Source of the DNA: Fimbriimonadia bacterium
GTDB lineage: Bacteria; Armatimonadota; Fimbriimonadia; Fimbriimonadales; JABRVX01
DNA: 64,000 nucleotides
NCBI GenBank assembly: GCA_041483895.1
Contig: JBGPGO010000014.1
Span: forward strand, 1 to 64,000
Reading direction: 5' to 3'
Part shown: positions 28,426 through 38,170 of the stretch, piece by piece
How positions within the stretch are numbered: the stretch's first letter is position 1
How the letters are laid out: each line of letters begins with the position of its first letter
Translations under genes and position numbers: made by a program
The notes under the pieces: model-generated
Database searches by the model: none
The model's input: only the letters and a program-made list of their open reading frames with translations
Told to the model about the DNA's origin: nothing

Positions 28426-31035
28426 TTAGAACCTGCGCTTCGGCTTCTTCGATTTAGGCCGATCGGAGGGCGGCGTTTTTCCGGAATCGCCGTTGTCCGT
28501 CGCTTGAACATCTCCGTCCCTGCCGGTCTGAGAGAACGTTCTTCCCTCCCCAGTCGCTGGATCCGGTATGACAACCCTCTTCGTCTCGCGCTCTTTCACG
28601 GCTGCCTCCAACGTCTGGCCGCCGCGTTTGTGCGTCCAGCGCTCGATAAGGACCAATACGGGGGAAGCATTGTAGATGGAGCTGTATGTTCCGGATATGA
28701 TACCGACCAGCATGATCGCATTGAAGTGCTTCAGGTCCTGCATAACGCTGCCCAGCACGAGCATCGATCCTACCATGATCAAGACTGTAAAGCTGGTATT
28801 GATCGACCGCGCGTATGACTGTGTGATGGACCGATCGACCAGGTCGTCGAATGTCTCGCCCTTCTTCTTGTGCCGCAGGTTTTCGCGAATTCGGTCGAAG
28901 ATAACGATCGTATCGTGCACGGAGAAACCTATGATCGTTAGGACCGCCGTCATGAACAGCGAGCTGATCTCCCAGTTCCACAGGTATCCAAAAATGGCCG
29001 CCACACCCATGACCACAACGATGTCGTGGAGGGTTGCGGAAAGAGCGGCAATTCCGAATTTAAGACCGCTCCAACCACCCTCAATCGCGAATCGGAAGGA
29101 AAGGTAGGCAAGAATGAAAACGATGGACAATATGACGGCTTTCGTCGCGTTCTGAATCGTTTCGGCCGTGATCACGTTGCCAACGGTCGAAAAGGACTCC
29201 TCGCTCGCGATCTTTGTCGTGCCTGCGGCAACGGTTGCGTCGATGCCTATCGGTTTGAGGGCTTCGGCCACCTTGACACGGGACTCGAAGTCGGACAGCC
29301 CCTTCAGCGTCGGATAGTCCTTGAACTCCTTCAGCCGAACGATAACCTCTTGTCCTGCCTTCCCGGCGGAGGTGAGCTGAACGGAACCGCCCGTAAAGCC
29401 CGCGCCGGCCAGCAGGGACTGAATCTGCGCCATCGACTGCTTCACTTCGCCATTGACGTGATACATGATCTCCGTACCGCCCTGGAACTCGATGTTCGGC
29501 TTCAACCCACTAGAGAAGAAAAAGATCAAGCCCGGTACCATGACGGCTGCGCTAATCGCGAAGTACAACCCCATCCGTTTGACAATCTGTAGATTGTCGT
29601 GGCCAAACCACTGGCGGCCGAGATGGAACAGCTTAGGATTGTCCACGCCGGAGCCGACCAGCAGGTAAAGAATCATGCGCGTCAGCGTTACCGCAGTGAA
29701 GAGACTGATGGCCACACCAATCCCGAGGGTGGCGGCAAATCCCTGCACTGGCCCAGTGCCAAGGTTATACAGAATGACGCAGGTGATGATCGTACAAAGA
29801 TTCGAGTCAAAGATCGCGCTAAAGGCCCGTTTGAATCCGGCATCGATCGAGCTGAGAAGCGTTTTGTTCGCCCGGAGTTCTTCTTTCATGCGCTCGAAAA
29901 TCAAAACGTTGGCATCAACTGCCATACCGATGGACAGAAGGAACCCAGCAATGCCCGCGATCGAGAACGTCACGCCCATCATTTTGAAAACGGCGTAACA
30001 AAAGATTGAATAGACGCACAGGGCGATGACCGCCAATAGACCAGGCAGTGCATAGTAAAGGATCATGAAGAGCGAAATCACAGTAAAGCCAACGGCGCCG
30101 GCCCTCAGGATGGCATCGAGTGCGTGCGCCCCGATGGTTGGCTGCACGCTGTACATCGAAATCTGTTCCAGGTCCACAGGCAGCGCGCCGGCCTGGAGGA
30201 GCCCAGCGAGACGCATCGCTGTCTTGCCGGTCATGTTTCCGCCCTCGATGACCGCGCTTCCGTTCGTGATGACGGCATTCATGCGCGGGAAGGAGATGAC
30301 CCTGCCGTCCAGCAAGATGGCGAGGTATTCCCCGCGACCGCTTACCTGCTCGCTGAACTCTTTGAGCTTATCGGCGCCGGTACTGTTGAATTCGAGCTGC
30401 ACTTCGTACGTGGTGCCGATCGGAGTGGCCTTTGCCGTCTTCAACATGGAGCCGTCGAGAATGATGTCCCAGCCGGCGTCCGGGTCGTGGATCATCTTCT
30501 TGAACTCAACGCTCCCGGACTTCAGGACAATCTTGCCTTCCGGATCGGCGGTGTCTTGAAAGTCGAATTCCTCGCCTCCGTCCGGGCCTTCCGTCTGCTT
30601 CGATTGGTAGCGTCGGTTAGGGTCCTGTTCGCTCTTTACGTTTTTCGCATACCAGAATTCGAGGCGGGCAGTTGTCTTTAGGAGGTCGATAACGTCGTCG
30701 CGATTGGTGATACCCGGTAGCTCGACAACGAACTGGGCGTCCTGAGGGGTCCCTTTCGGGAATACGTTGGCCTCGCGCACGCCGGTACCGCCGCTCAATC
30801 GGCGTTGCAAGATGTTGGGGATTTCCTTCCACTGCTCCGGCCAGTTCTTCATCTCCGCCGGCTTGAGCTCTTCAATCTTTGCGCGCAGGACGATGCGTGT
30901 GCCACCGTCGACGTCAAGCCCTCGGTTCGCTTCCGGCCAGTTCTTGCCCCAGATCGCTTTGCCGGATGGTACGACCACCGACAACGCCATCAGGAATAGT
31001 ATGAAAACGACGAATAATAGCCAACTCTGCCTCAC
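28426..31035 (-). CDS. secDF: fused protein translocase subunit SecDF
   Basis: GLDVDGG, GALPV, IGMAVDANVLIFER.KEE, IEFQGGT, IGFSVHDTIVIFDRIRE. Confidence 0.95.
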   Translation of the reverse strand: MRQSWLLFVVFILFLMALSVVVPSGKAIWGKNWPEANRGLDVDGGTRIVLRAKIEELKPAEMKNWPEQWKEIPNILQRRLSGGTGVREANVFPKGTPQDAQFVVELPGITNRDDVIDLLKTTARLEFWYAKNVKSEQDPNRRYQSKQTEGPDGGEEFDFQDTADPEGKIVLKSGSVEFKKMIHDPDAGWDIILDGSMLKTAKATPIGTTYEVQLEFNSTGADKLKEFSEQVSGRGEYLAILLDGRVISFPRMNAVITNGSAVIEGGNMTGKTAMRLAGLLQAGALPVDLEQISMYSVQPTIGAHALDAILRAGAVGFTVISLFMILYYALPGLLAVIALCVYSIFCYAVFKMMGVTFSIAGIAGFLLSIGMAVDANVLIFERMKEELRANKTLLSSIDAGFKRAFSAIFDSNLCTIITCVILYNLGTGPVQGFAATLGIGVAISLFTAVTLTRMILYLLVGSGVDNPKLFHLGRQWFGHDNLQIVKRMGLYFAISAAVMVPGLIFFFSSGLKPNIEFQGGTEIMYHVNGEVKQSMAQIQSLLAGAGFTGGSVQLTSAGKAGQEVIVRLKEFKDYPTLKGLSDFESRVKVAEALKPIGIDATVAAGTTKIASEESFSTVGNVITAETIQNATKAVILSIVFILAYLSFRFAIEGGWSGLKFGIAALSATLHDIVVVMGVAAIFGYLWNWEISSLFMTAVLTIIGFSVHDTIVIFDRIRENLRHKKKGETFDDLVDRSITQSYARSINTSFTVLIMVGSMLVLGSVMQDLKHFNAIMLVGIISGTYSSIYNASPVLVLIERWTHKRGGQTLEAAVKERETKRVVIPDPATGEGRTFSQTGRDGDVQATDNGDSGKTPPSDRPKSKKPKRRF

Positions 31036-31092
31036 AGGGAAGCGCCTCCTTAGTTCCAGCCACCGAATCTCTAGCGGTCAATTAACCGGCGA

Positions 31093-31122
31093 AGTATATC
31101 CGCGCGGACCCGTGTTAGTCAA
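31093..31122 (-). promoter_or_regulatory. sigma70-type promoter for secDF
   Basis: TTGACT-N18-TATACT on the minus strand. Confidence 0.6.
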
Positions 31123-31202
31123 CTCGGCCCCGGCTGAATTGCTGGGGTCCGAACTCAGAGCGGCCCCTTGCTTCATGGGCGAATTCCGTGCCGCACCCGC
31201 CT

Positions 31203-32093
31203 CTATTTGCGTACGACGCGGCTCGAAACATAGTCCAATTTCACAGGCAACGCGCCCCCGGACAGGATGGAAGCCAGCTTCAGCGCTTCTTTGCCCGTCA
31301 TGTTGCCGCCCTCTATGACCGCCTTGCCGTCAAAGATCACGGCGTTCATCCTTGGAAAAGAGATGATGTTGTTGTTGAGCAATATCGGCAGATACTCCCC
31401 TCTGCCTTGGACCATTTCACTGAAATCCCGCAACCGTTTGGTCCCATTCGTATCGAACTCAAGCTGCACTTCGTATGTCGAGGCCATCGGGATAGCCCAC
31501 GCCCTTCGGATCATGGAGCCATCGGCGATCAGGTCCCAACCCTCCGTCGGCGAGTGAATCAACACGACAAGCTGTTTGCTGCCAGACGGAATCTTCTTTG
31601 ACCCCGCTAGGTCCGTTGTATCGACGAGGTCGTACTTGTCCTGTCCCAGCGCGTCGGCATGCCACTCCATCCGATACCGGCGGCTTGCGTCTTGCTGCGT
31701 CTGGACAGACTTAGCCCAACGGAATTCCATGCGCGCTGAAGAACCGAGAGTCTGGACTAATTCCACGCTGTACACCCGCTCCGGGATCCGAACGATAACA
31801 CGGGAATCGGGCGGCAAGGTAAATCGGATCGTGGGACGTTCGCCGCAATAGGTGAGCGAACGCTCCCGAAGGGTATTTGCGACCTTTCTTTCGATGGTGC
31901 GCCACTCCGCCGCGTCAGCAATGGGCTTCGGAGGCACCATCCGCAATGTAAATTCGACAAGATTATTCCCGCCACGACGATCCTTTGCAGCTTGATTGAG
32001 TTTCCAAAGATCGATTGCCGGCGGAAGCAGCAAGGCAAGCGCGCCCGCGACAATTATGCCGACGATGACCAACGCGAAATGGTTGCGATTCAT
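31203..32093 (-). CDS. SecD P1 periplasmic-domain-only protein (one TM), paralog of adjacent SecDF N-terminus
   Basis: Shares AR.EF..AK.V, TYEVQLEF...G...L..FSE.V.GRGEYL, ISFPRMNAVI, VIEGGNMTGK, GALPV.L with SecDF; ends before the TM bundle. Confidence 0.85.
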   Translation of the reverse strand: MNRNHFALVIVGIIVAGALALLLPPAIDLWKLNQAAKDRRGGNNLVEFTLRMVPPKPIADAAEWRTIERKVANTLRERSLTYCGERPTIRFTLPPDSRVIVRIPERVYSVELVQTLGSSARMEFRWAKSVQTQQDASRRYRMEWHADALGQDKYDLVDTTDLAGSKKIPSGSKQLVVLIHSPTEGWDLIADGSMIRRAWAIPMASTYEVQLEFDTNGTKRLRDFSEMVQGRGEYLPILLNNNIISFPRMNAVIFDGKAVIEGGNMTGKEALKLASILSGGALPVKLDYVSSRVVRK

Positions 32094-32107
32094 GGCACCA
32101 GGGATTA

Positions 32108-32827
32108 TTACTCTCTAGCGCGACAGATGGTTGCCGCCCGTTCAAAAACTGATCGGAGCATCGGCTCGGTCAGCTTGCCGGTGAATGTGTTCTGCTGGCT
32201 CGGGTGGTAGGAGCCGAGCAGGATGGGGCCGCGCGTGTCCAGTTCGACGCCGTGGGAAAAGGCTGGCAGGCTCTCGACCCAGCCGCGCCGCCGGAACTCC
32301 CGCCCGCAGCCGTCGTACGCCACCTTGCCCAAGGCGATGACGACTAGTAGACCGCGCAGCAGATCGAAGGTGTCGCTCAGATGATCGTGACAGTTGCGGA
32401 GTTCGTCCGGCGTCGGCTTATTCCCGGGAGGGGCGCAGTGGCCCATCGCCGTAATCATCATGTTTCGCAGTTCCAATCCGTCCGATGGGTCTTCCCAGGT
32501 CGGCTGATTGGCAGATCCTGCCTCGTGCAGAACCCGGAACAGCCACTGCCCGCTTCGGTCGCCCGTGAACATCCGGCCCGTCCGATTCGAGCCATGCGCG
32601 CCGGGGGCGAGGCCGACGATGAGGGCCTGGGCGTTCGGGTCGCCAAAATTCGGAACCGGCCTTGCCCAGTAGTCCTGGTCGCTATAGGCCGCCCGCTTCG
32701 TTTCACCAATGCCGCGGCAATACTCCATAAGGCGCGGGCACCTTTGGCAGCCGATGATGCGGTCGTTCAGTTCCTGAAAAGATTTCACAACCTGTTTTGT
32801 CACAAAACCGATCCGATTGCGAGTCAA
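32108..32827 (-). CDS. uracil-DNA glycosylase family 5 (UdgB-like)
   Basis: C..CPRL, GLAPGAHGSNRTGRMFTGDRSG, YHPSQQNT; true start may be ~32788. Confidence 0.9.
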   Translation of the reverse strand: MTRNRIGFVTKQVVKSFQELNDRIIGCQRCPRLMEYCRGIGETKRAAYSDQDYWARPVPNFGDPNAQALIVGLAPGAHGSNRTGRMFTGDRSGQWLFRVLHEAGSANQPTWEDPSDGLELRNMMITAMGHCAPPGNKPTPDELRNCHDHLSDTFDLLRGLLVVIALGKVAYDGCGREFRRRGWVESLPAFSHGVELDTRGPILLGSYHPSQQNTFTGKLTEPMLRSVFERAATICRARE

Positions 32828-32856
32828 GTAAGATAGGAGGGACTGGGAGGTGAGAG

Positions 32857-34806
32857 ATGCTGTTCGCTCTATTGATCGCAGGATTTGGGCAAGGGCAGGA
32901 GGTTAGCGTGGCCTCGATGTTGCCGGAAATGACCGATTTGGAAGGGCTGGCGCACGTTCCGGCGCCGTTTTACGTGACGCGGCAGGCGAGCAGTTACGAC
33001 CGAGCCAGCGTGTCGCCGGACAAGGACTGGTTTGCCAACGCGGACTATGGTCAGTACATTCGGAAAGAGACCGTGGAAGGACACGATGAGTACGTGATGG
33101 CGGACTTGCTCGGACCTGGAGCGGTCGTTCGATTCTGGTCCGCGAACCCAGCCGGAACCGCGCGCTTTTACTTCGACGGTGAGGCGAAACCCTCTCTAAG
33201 TGCCAAACTCGGCGACCTCCTGACCGGCAAAGTGGAACCCTTCTCCGATCCGATTGCCTGCGCCCGATCCATGGGGACCAATCTCTACTTCCCGATGCCG
33301 TATGCCAAGGGCCTGAAGATTACGCTGGAAGCCTCGGAGCAGGCGGCCAAAGGCGTCTACTACCAGATCATGTATCGCACCTACGATCTTGCGGCGCAGG
33401 TTAAGTCGTTCACTCTCGATCAGGCCAAGGAAGCGCTCAACGGCAACGCGCGGGCTCGCACGATAGCTGCAGCCCGATTCGGATCTGTCAATCCCGGCCA
33501 TCCCATTACAAGCATGACCCGGACGGTCGCTCCAGGCAAGACGCTCGAGCTTTTTTCGTCTAGCCGCAGAGGGGAAGTTGACCTGCTGGAGATCAAGCTA
33601 GGCAACAGCAGCCCCGAGAACCTGCGCGGCTGCATTTTGGAAGGCACATTTGATGGAAAGAAAACAGTTGCGGCGCCGTTGGGGGACTTTTTTGGGGCGG
33701 CCCCGGGAATAAATCGGTACGATTCATTGCCGGTGTCGGTAGCTGCAGATGGCACGATGACGTCGCGATGGGCCATGCCATTTGAAACGGGGGCAACCCT
33801 CCAGCTTCGAAACCTCACGAAATCGGCGATACAGGTCACTGCGACCGTGGGAAACCGAACATTGACCGCCGTCAAGAACCCTCTTCTGTTCCACGCCAAG
33901 TGGCGGATGGAGAAGATGTTCACCCGGCCGATGCGGGACTGGAATATCCTCAATGTGCCCTCCGGAACCGGCCGTTTCGTCGGTGTCAGCCTGGCGGTCG
34001 CGAACCCGACCAAGGCATGGTGGGGCGAAGGCGATGAAAAGATCTACATAGATGGCGAGACCTTCCCGAGCACCTTCGGGACCGGAACCGAAGACTATTT
34101 CGGCTACGCCTGGTGCTGTCCGGAGGTGTTTTCGCATCCCTATCACAATCAGCCTCGCTGTGACGGGCCGGCCAACAAGGGCAACACCTCCGTCAACCGC
34201 TGGCACATCTTGGACGGCATGCCGTTCTCCAAGTCGTTCAAATTTGATATGGAGCTATGGCACTGGGCGGAAGTCGACGTGACCTATGCTGCCACCGCCT
34301 ATTGGTACGCCTCTCCCGAATCGACGGACACGTTCAAGCCGATCGATGCCAAAGACCTTGTTCTGCCTGTGATTCCGGTTGCGGTCCGCGTCAAAGGCGC
34401 AATCGAAGGCGAGGAGCTCAAGGCCAAGGTGACCGGCGGCGTGACCGAATTGCAGGGCTATGAGAATCTCTCGAACGAGACCCAGCTTTGGTGGCGGGAC
34501 GCTGCCGTCGGCGACAAGCTTACAGCAACCATCACGGTTCCGAGCACCGGCATGTACGAAATTACCGGGAAATTCTGCACAGCGGGTGACTATGGAATCC
34601 ACCAGATTTCGTTGAACGGCAAGCCGCTTGGTGGTCCCATCGATTTTTACAACAAGGACCTGAAGTGGAAGGCGATTGGTTTTGGCGCTATCATATTGCC
34701 GGCTGGGGAGGTCAAATTGGAGGTTATGGTTACCGGCGCGAACCCGCAAGCAATACAACGGCACATGTTCGGCCTGGATTACCTTCTGCTGACGCCAAAA
34801 AACTGA
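32857..34806 (+). CDS. secreted DUF2961 / GH172-like glycoside hydrolase
   Basis: SSYDR, GPG.V.RFW, PLGDFFG, WWGEGDEKIYIDGE, GTGTEDYFG. Confidence 0.85.
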   Translation: MLFALLIAGFGQGQEVSVASMLPEMTDLEGLAHVPAPFYVTRQASSYDRASVSPDKDWFANADYGQYIRKETVEGHDEYVMADLLGPGAVVRFWSANPAGTARFYFDGEAKPSLSAKLGDLLTGKVEPFSDPIACARSMGTNLYFPMPYAKGLKITLEASEQAAKGVYYQIMYRTYDLAAQVKSFTLDQAKEALNGNARARTIAAARFGSVNPGHPITSMTRTVAPGKTLELFSSSRRGEVDLLEIKLGNSSPENLRGCILEGTFDGKKTVAAPLGDFFGAAPGINRYDSLPVSVAADGTMTSRWAMPFETGATLQLRNLTKSAIQVTATVGNRTLTAVKNPLLFHAKWRMEKMFTRPMRDWNILNVPSGTGRFVGVSLAVANPTKAWWGEGDEKIYIDGETFPSTFGTGTEDYFGYAWCCPEVFSHPYHNQPRCDGPANKGNTSVNRWHILDGMPFSKSFKFDMELWHWAEVDVTYAATAYWYASPESTDTFKPIDAKDLVLPVIPVAVRVKGAIEGEELKAKVTGGVTELQGYENLSNETQLWWRDAAVGDKLTATITVPSTGMYEITGKFCTAGDYGIHQISLNGKPLGGPIDFYNKDLKWKAIGFGAIILPAGEVKLEVMVTGANPQAIQRHMFGLDYLLLTPKN

Positions 34807-34825
34807 CACCTGGCGCCGAAAAGGA

Positions 34826-35752
34826 GTGTCTAATACGATGATGAGAATCCTACCGCTGCTAATTGCCATGTGTTCGGTCGCCGCAAGCCCGGGCCAGAAG
34901 CCAGCCGATGGCCCGAAAATGCGCGTGGCCGTGATAGATTTGGAGTTCAAAGCCGGCGTATACAACTACACTTCCTCGCAGCCGCCGTCGGATTTTCGCG
35001 CCGGGCTGACCGAGAAGATTGCCGACGCCTTGCGAAAGACGGGCAAGTTCATCGTCCTCGAAAGGCAGATTCTCGATGAAATTGAACAGGAGAGGCACAT
35101 TTCAACAGTGGCAGGCAAGCCGCCTCCGATTCCGATACAGCCCGCCCAGCTCCTGATCAAAGGCGTCATTACTGAGTTCAGCATTGGTGACAAGGCGGCC
35201 GGAATTGGCATCGATATCAATGGTCTGGGTAGGGTCAACACTCGCATTGCGGAAGCGCGGGTCAAGCTCAATCTCCGTGCCATTGACCCCATGTCGAGCG
35301 AGGTCTTGGTGAGCAAGGACGGTGACGGCAAAGTGACGCAGACCGGCGCCCGGTTCGACTCAAACGTGAGCGCCGTCCTGCAGAATATCGAGCTTTTCAA
35401 TTCAAGCCCGCTCGGCCAGGCCACGACCAAGGCGATCAATTCCGCCGTCAAGAATTTTGTCAAAGAGGCGTCCGAGCTTCCTTGGTCCGCCAAGGTGATC
35501 GACCTCGACGACGACGGAGTGTATGTAAATGCGGGGGCGAAAGATGGTCTGGCTATTGGCGCAACGTTGGAAGTCATCCGGACCAAGAAAGTCGTGAAAG
35601 ACCCAGAAAGCGGCGAGGTGCTTGGGACGGAAGACGGTCGAGTTGGCGTCATTCGGGTGAAGACAACGCGCTCCCGATATTCGATCGCGGTGGTCACCGA
35701 AGGCGAAACGCCTCAGGTCGGAGATACCGTGCGCATCTTAAGGAGCCGGTAG
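34826..35752 (+). CDS. CsgG/HfaB family protein with FlgT-like C-terminal domain
   Basis: Signal peptide; KF.VLERQ.LD.I..E, L.IKG.ITEF, VYVNAG..DGL, DPESGEVLG. Confidence 0.78.
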   Translation: MSNTMMRILPLLIAMCSVAASPGQKPADGPKMRVAVIDLEFKAGVYNYTSSQPPSDFRAGLTEKIADALRKTGKFIVLERQILDEIEQERHISTVAGKPPPIPIQPAQLLIKGVITEFSIGDKAAGIGIDINGLGRVNTRIAEARVKLNLRAIDPMSSEVLVSKDGDGKVTQTGARFDSNVSAVLQNIELFNSSPLGQATTKAINSAVKNFVKEASELPWSAKVIDLDDDGVYVNAGAKDGLAIGATLEVIRTKKVVKDPESGEVLGTEDGRVGVIRVKTTRSRYSIAVVTEGETPQVGDTVRILRSR

Positions 35753-37021
35753 CTTTTCGTATGATCGGATTCGGATGTTGCGGAATTCGACCCTGTCGCC
35801 ATGATCCTGGAAGCCCACGTAACCCGACTTGGCGCGATTCCACATCTTTCGCTCTTCCGACTGGTTTTCATTGATCTTCGGGTCGTCCAGGTTCACATCC
35901 ATCAACTGGTGTCCGTTCTGCGTCACCGCCAGTTGCCGACCGATGCAGCGAATCGTCACCTGGTTCCACTCCCAGGCCGGTTTCGAAGGATTGATCGCGG
36001 GCGCGACCGCGTCATAGAGCGAACCGCTCGAGTGGAGATCTGGCTTCTTGCCAAAATCGTCCAAAATCTGTATTTCGTGCCCGGTAAACGCCGGATCGTT
36101 CTCCAACTTCGCCCGGATAAACGTGCCGCTGTTACCATCCTTTGCGATCCGATATTCATACCGCATTTCAAAATCCTCGAATTGGTCTTCGCTCCGCAGC
36201 CATCCCCCTTTGCCGCCGGTGCAGTCTATCACACCGTCCACAACCTTCCAGCCGTCGGATGGCGGAACCCATCCGGTCAGGTCCGTGCCGTTGAAGAGCG
36301 GGCGGAAGCCCCACTCCACTTTGGTAAGCGTCTTCGGCGGCTTTTGCTTCGCCACCCAATACAGGCCGTGAAGGACAAGCTTCTGGAAACCCTCGTTTCC
36401 CCAGGCCCACTTGTCGTGACCCAAATTCGTATAGAAAACCCTTCCTTTCCCAAAGCCCTGGGTCCACGCGGCGGGTTCATTATCCGTTTTCCGTCGCGCC
36501 AGAACATCCAGTTTAGCCTTCGGAAAGATATCGTTGACGTAGGTCTCATCGTTGATCAAGAAACCGTCGATCTCTTTGGCGATCGGCGCGGCGGGACCCT
36601 CCGGCATTACTTTGACGCCAAAGACCTCATGCCCGTGCGACTTGAACCGGCCGCCAACCAACTGCCAGTACTTATCGCTGGTCTTGAACGAATCGGACGC
36701 GCAGTGCATCCCGATATAGCCCTTCCCACTCGCCACGAAATCGGTGAGACCCTTCTCCTGCAGGGGAGTCAGATCGCCCCCCTGCGTATAAAACATCGCC
36801 ACGTCGTAGGCTTTGAGATTGGTCAGGGCTTCACGATCCTGCGTGACGGTCACGTCGAACCCGCCAATCTGGTCCAGCACATGGAGGAGGATCTTGGGAT
36901 TCTCAACAAAGTCATGATAACCCCCGCCGGTCATGAACAGAATTCGGACCTTGCCGGCAGCAGGGGCCATTGCGGCACTGATGGCTATGAGGAGGACAAT
37001 AAGCGTTCGCATAGGTCCCAA
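35738..37021 (-). CDS. secreted ThuA-like + DUF1080 (3-keto-disaccharide hydrolase-like) protein
   Basis: GG.YHD, GKGRVFYT.LGH; LFNGTDLTGW, GNSG.F.R, EIQILDD, G.VGFQDHG..V.FRNIRI. Confidence 0.85.
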   Translation of the reverse strand: MGPMRTLIVLLIAISAAMAPAAGKVRILFMTGGGYHDFVENPKILLHVLDQIGGFDVTVTQDREALTNLKAYDVAMFYTQGGDLTPLQEKGLTDFVASGKGYIGMHCASDSFKTSDKYWQLVGGRFKSHGHEVFGVKVMPEGPAAPIAKEIDGFLINDETYVNDIFPKAKLDVLARRKTDNEPAAWTQGFGKGRVFYTNLGHDKWAWGNEGFQKLVLHGLYWVAKQKPPKTLTKVEWGFRPLFNGTDLTGWVPPSDGWKVVDGVIDCTGGKGGWLRSEDQFEDFEMRYEYRIAKDGNSGTFIRAKLENDPAFTGHEIQILDDFGKKPDLHSSGSLYDAVAPAINPSKPAWEWNQVTIRCIGRQLAVTQNGHQLMDVNLDDPKINENQSEERKMWNRAKSGYVGFQDHGDRVEFRNIRIRSYEKLPAP

Positions 37022-37062
37022 TTTCGCGCTGGCCCGGGCCGTTCCTGCTGTATAGTTGCCGC

Positions 37063-37515
37063 ATGGAACCCACTCCCCTCAACGAAGCGCTGGCAAACGG
37101 TCCCGTCGGGTTCACCGTAGGGGCGAGCGTCAAGGCCGATGTTGGCCGCATTTGGGCCGCGATTACCGAAAAAGAGCACCTGGCAAAATTCTTCGACATG
37201 CTTCCCGAAGAGCCGATGACCCGGACGGGCAGGATGAGGATCGACTGGAATACGGGCACCCCCGACTGGGTCGAGATTAGGGAGGTTGTCCCCAATGAGA
37301 AGCTGGTTTACGAATGGAACGCCTACAAGCAGCCGTATCGGACGACGGTGACCTACCAGTTGACTCCCAAGGATGACGGGGCGGTCCACGTGCAGGTCAG
37401 CGAAACCGGATGGGAGCTAACCCAGGACGGCGTCGAAAGCTCCCTCGCCGACTGCGAGGGATGGACCCAGTTCGTCGTGCAACTCCGGTTCTATTTGGAG
37501 CATGGGATCGTGTAG
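37063..37515 (+). CDS. SRPBCC/AHSA1 domain protein
   Basis: IWAAIT, EVVPNEKLVYEW, V.ETGW, EGW..F...LR.YLE. Confidence 0.8.
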   Translation: MEPTPLNEALANGPVGFTVGASVKADVGRIWAAITEKEHLAKFFDMLPEEPMTRTGRMRIDWNTGTPDWVEIREVVPNEKLVYEWNAYKQPYRTTVTYQLTPKDDGAVHVQVSETGWELTQDGVESSLADCEGWTQFVVQLRFYLEHGIV

Positions 37516-37547
37516 GCCGACTTGCCAAATCCGGTGCGAATTCGAGA

Positions 37548-37573
37548 GGGCGCCGGCAAATCCCACGGCGCCC
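37548..37573. terminator. GC hairpin between convergent genes
   Basis: GGGCGCCG-gcaaatccca-CGGCGCCC. Confidence 0.5.
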
Positions 37574-37588
37574 CAAAATGGCTAGCGA

Positions 37589-38110
37589 CTAACCGCCACG
37601 TTGCTTGCCCGGCTGGCCGGTCGGTATCTGGATCGGTTTGCCATCGAGAGTCTGAGTTGCCTTGATATTCTCGCCTGACTTCAGCTTCCATCCATTCCCG
37701 GATTTGATCCAAATGTCTTTCGAGGTGCCATCTATAGCAACCACATGCGGCTTCCCATCGGTCCCGGTCTGTTTGAGCACGATCTTCTGCTCGACGGTCG
37801 CGATGGCCTGTGATCCCTTAACCGTCACCGACTTCACAGTCGCCACGAGGCGAGTAACGCTCTTCATCATCGAAACCTGGCGCGGGAACATCTGCTTGGA
37901 TTGCTCCAATGTAATGGTCATTCCCTTGCCGGTTCGAACATAACTTTTGTCCATGAAAGAAAAATAGGTCTTCGAATCATTGGCGCGCAAAGCCTTCGTC
38001 ATCTTGTCGTAATTCCCTTGAATCGTCTTCTTGAGCTGGGCATCTTGCGCCATGGCGCACAAGCACACAGATGCTGCCACCGCGAACGCGGCAAATCGTA
38101 GATGTTTCAT
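37589..38110 (-). CDS. secreted NTF2/DUF4440-like protein
   Basis: AGGAG RBS, signal peptide, D.WIK..NGWKL end motif. Confidence 0.7.
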   Translation of the reverse strand: MKHLRFAAFAVAASVCLCAMAQDAQLKKTIQGNYDKMTKALRANDSKTYFSFMDKSYVRTGKGMTITLEQSKQMFPRQVSMMKSVTRLVATVKSVTVKGSQAIATVEQKIVLKQTGTDGKPHVVAIDGTSKDIWIKSGNGWKLKSGENIKATQTLDGKPIQIPTGQPGKQRGG

Positions 38111-38170
38111 TGTGTCTCCTGGTAGACCGCGCATGCGGCGGTGAATTCGTCTGCATTGTACTCGGCCAGG

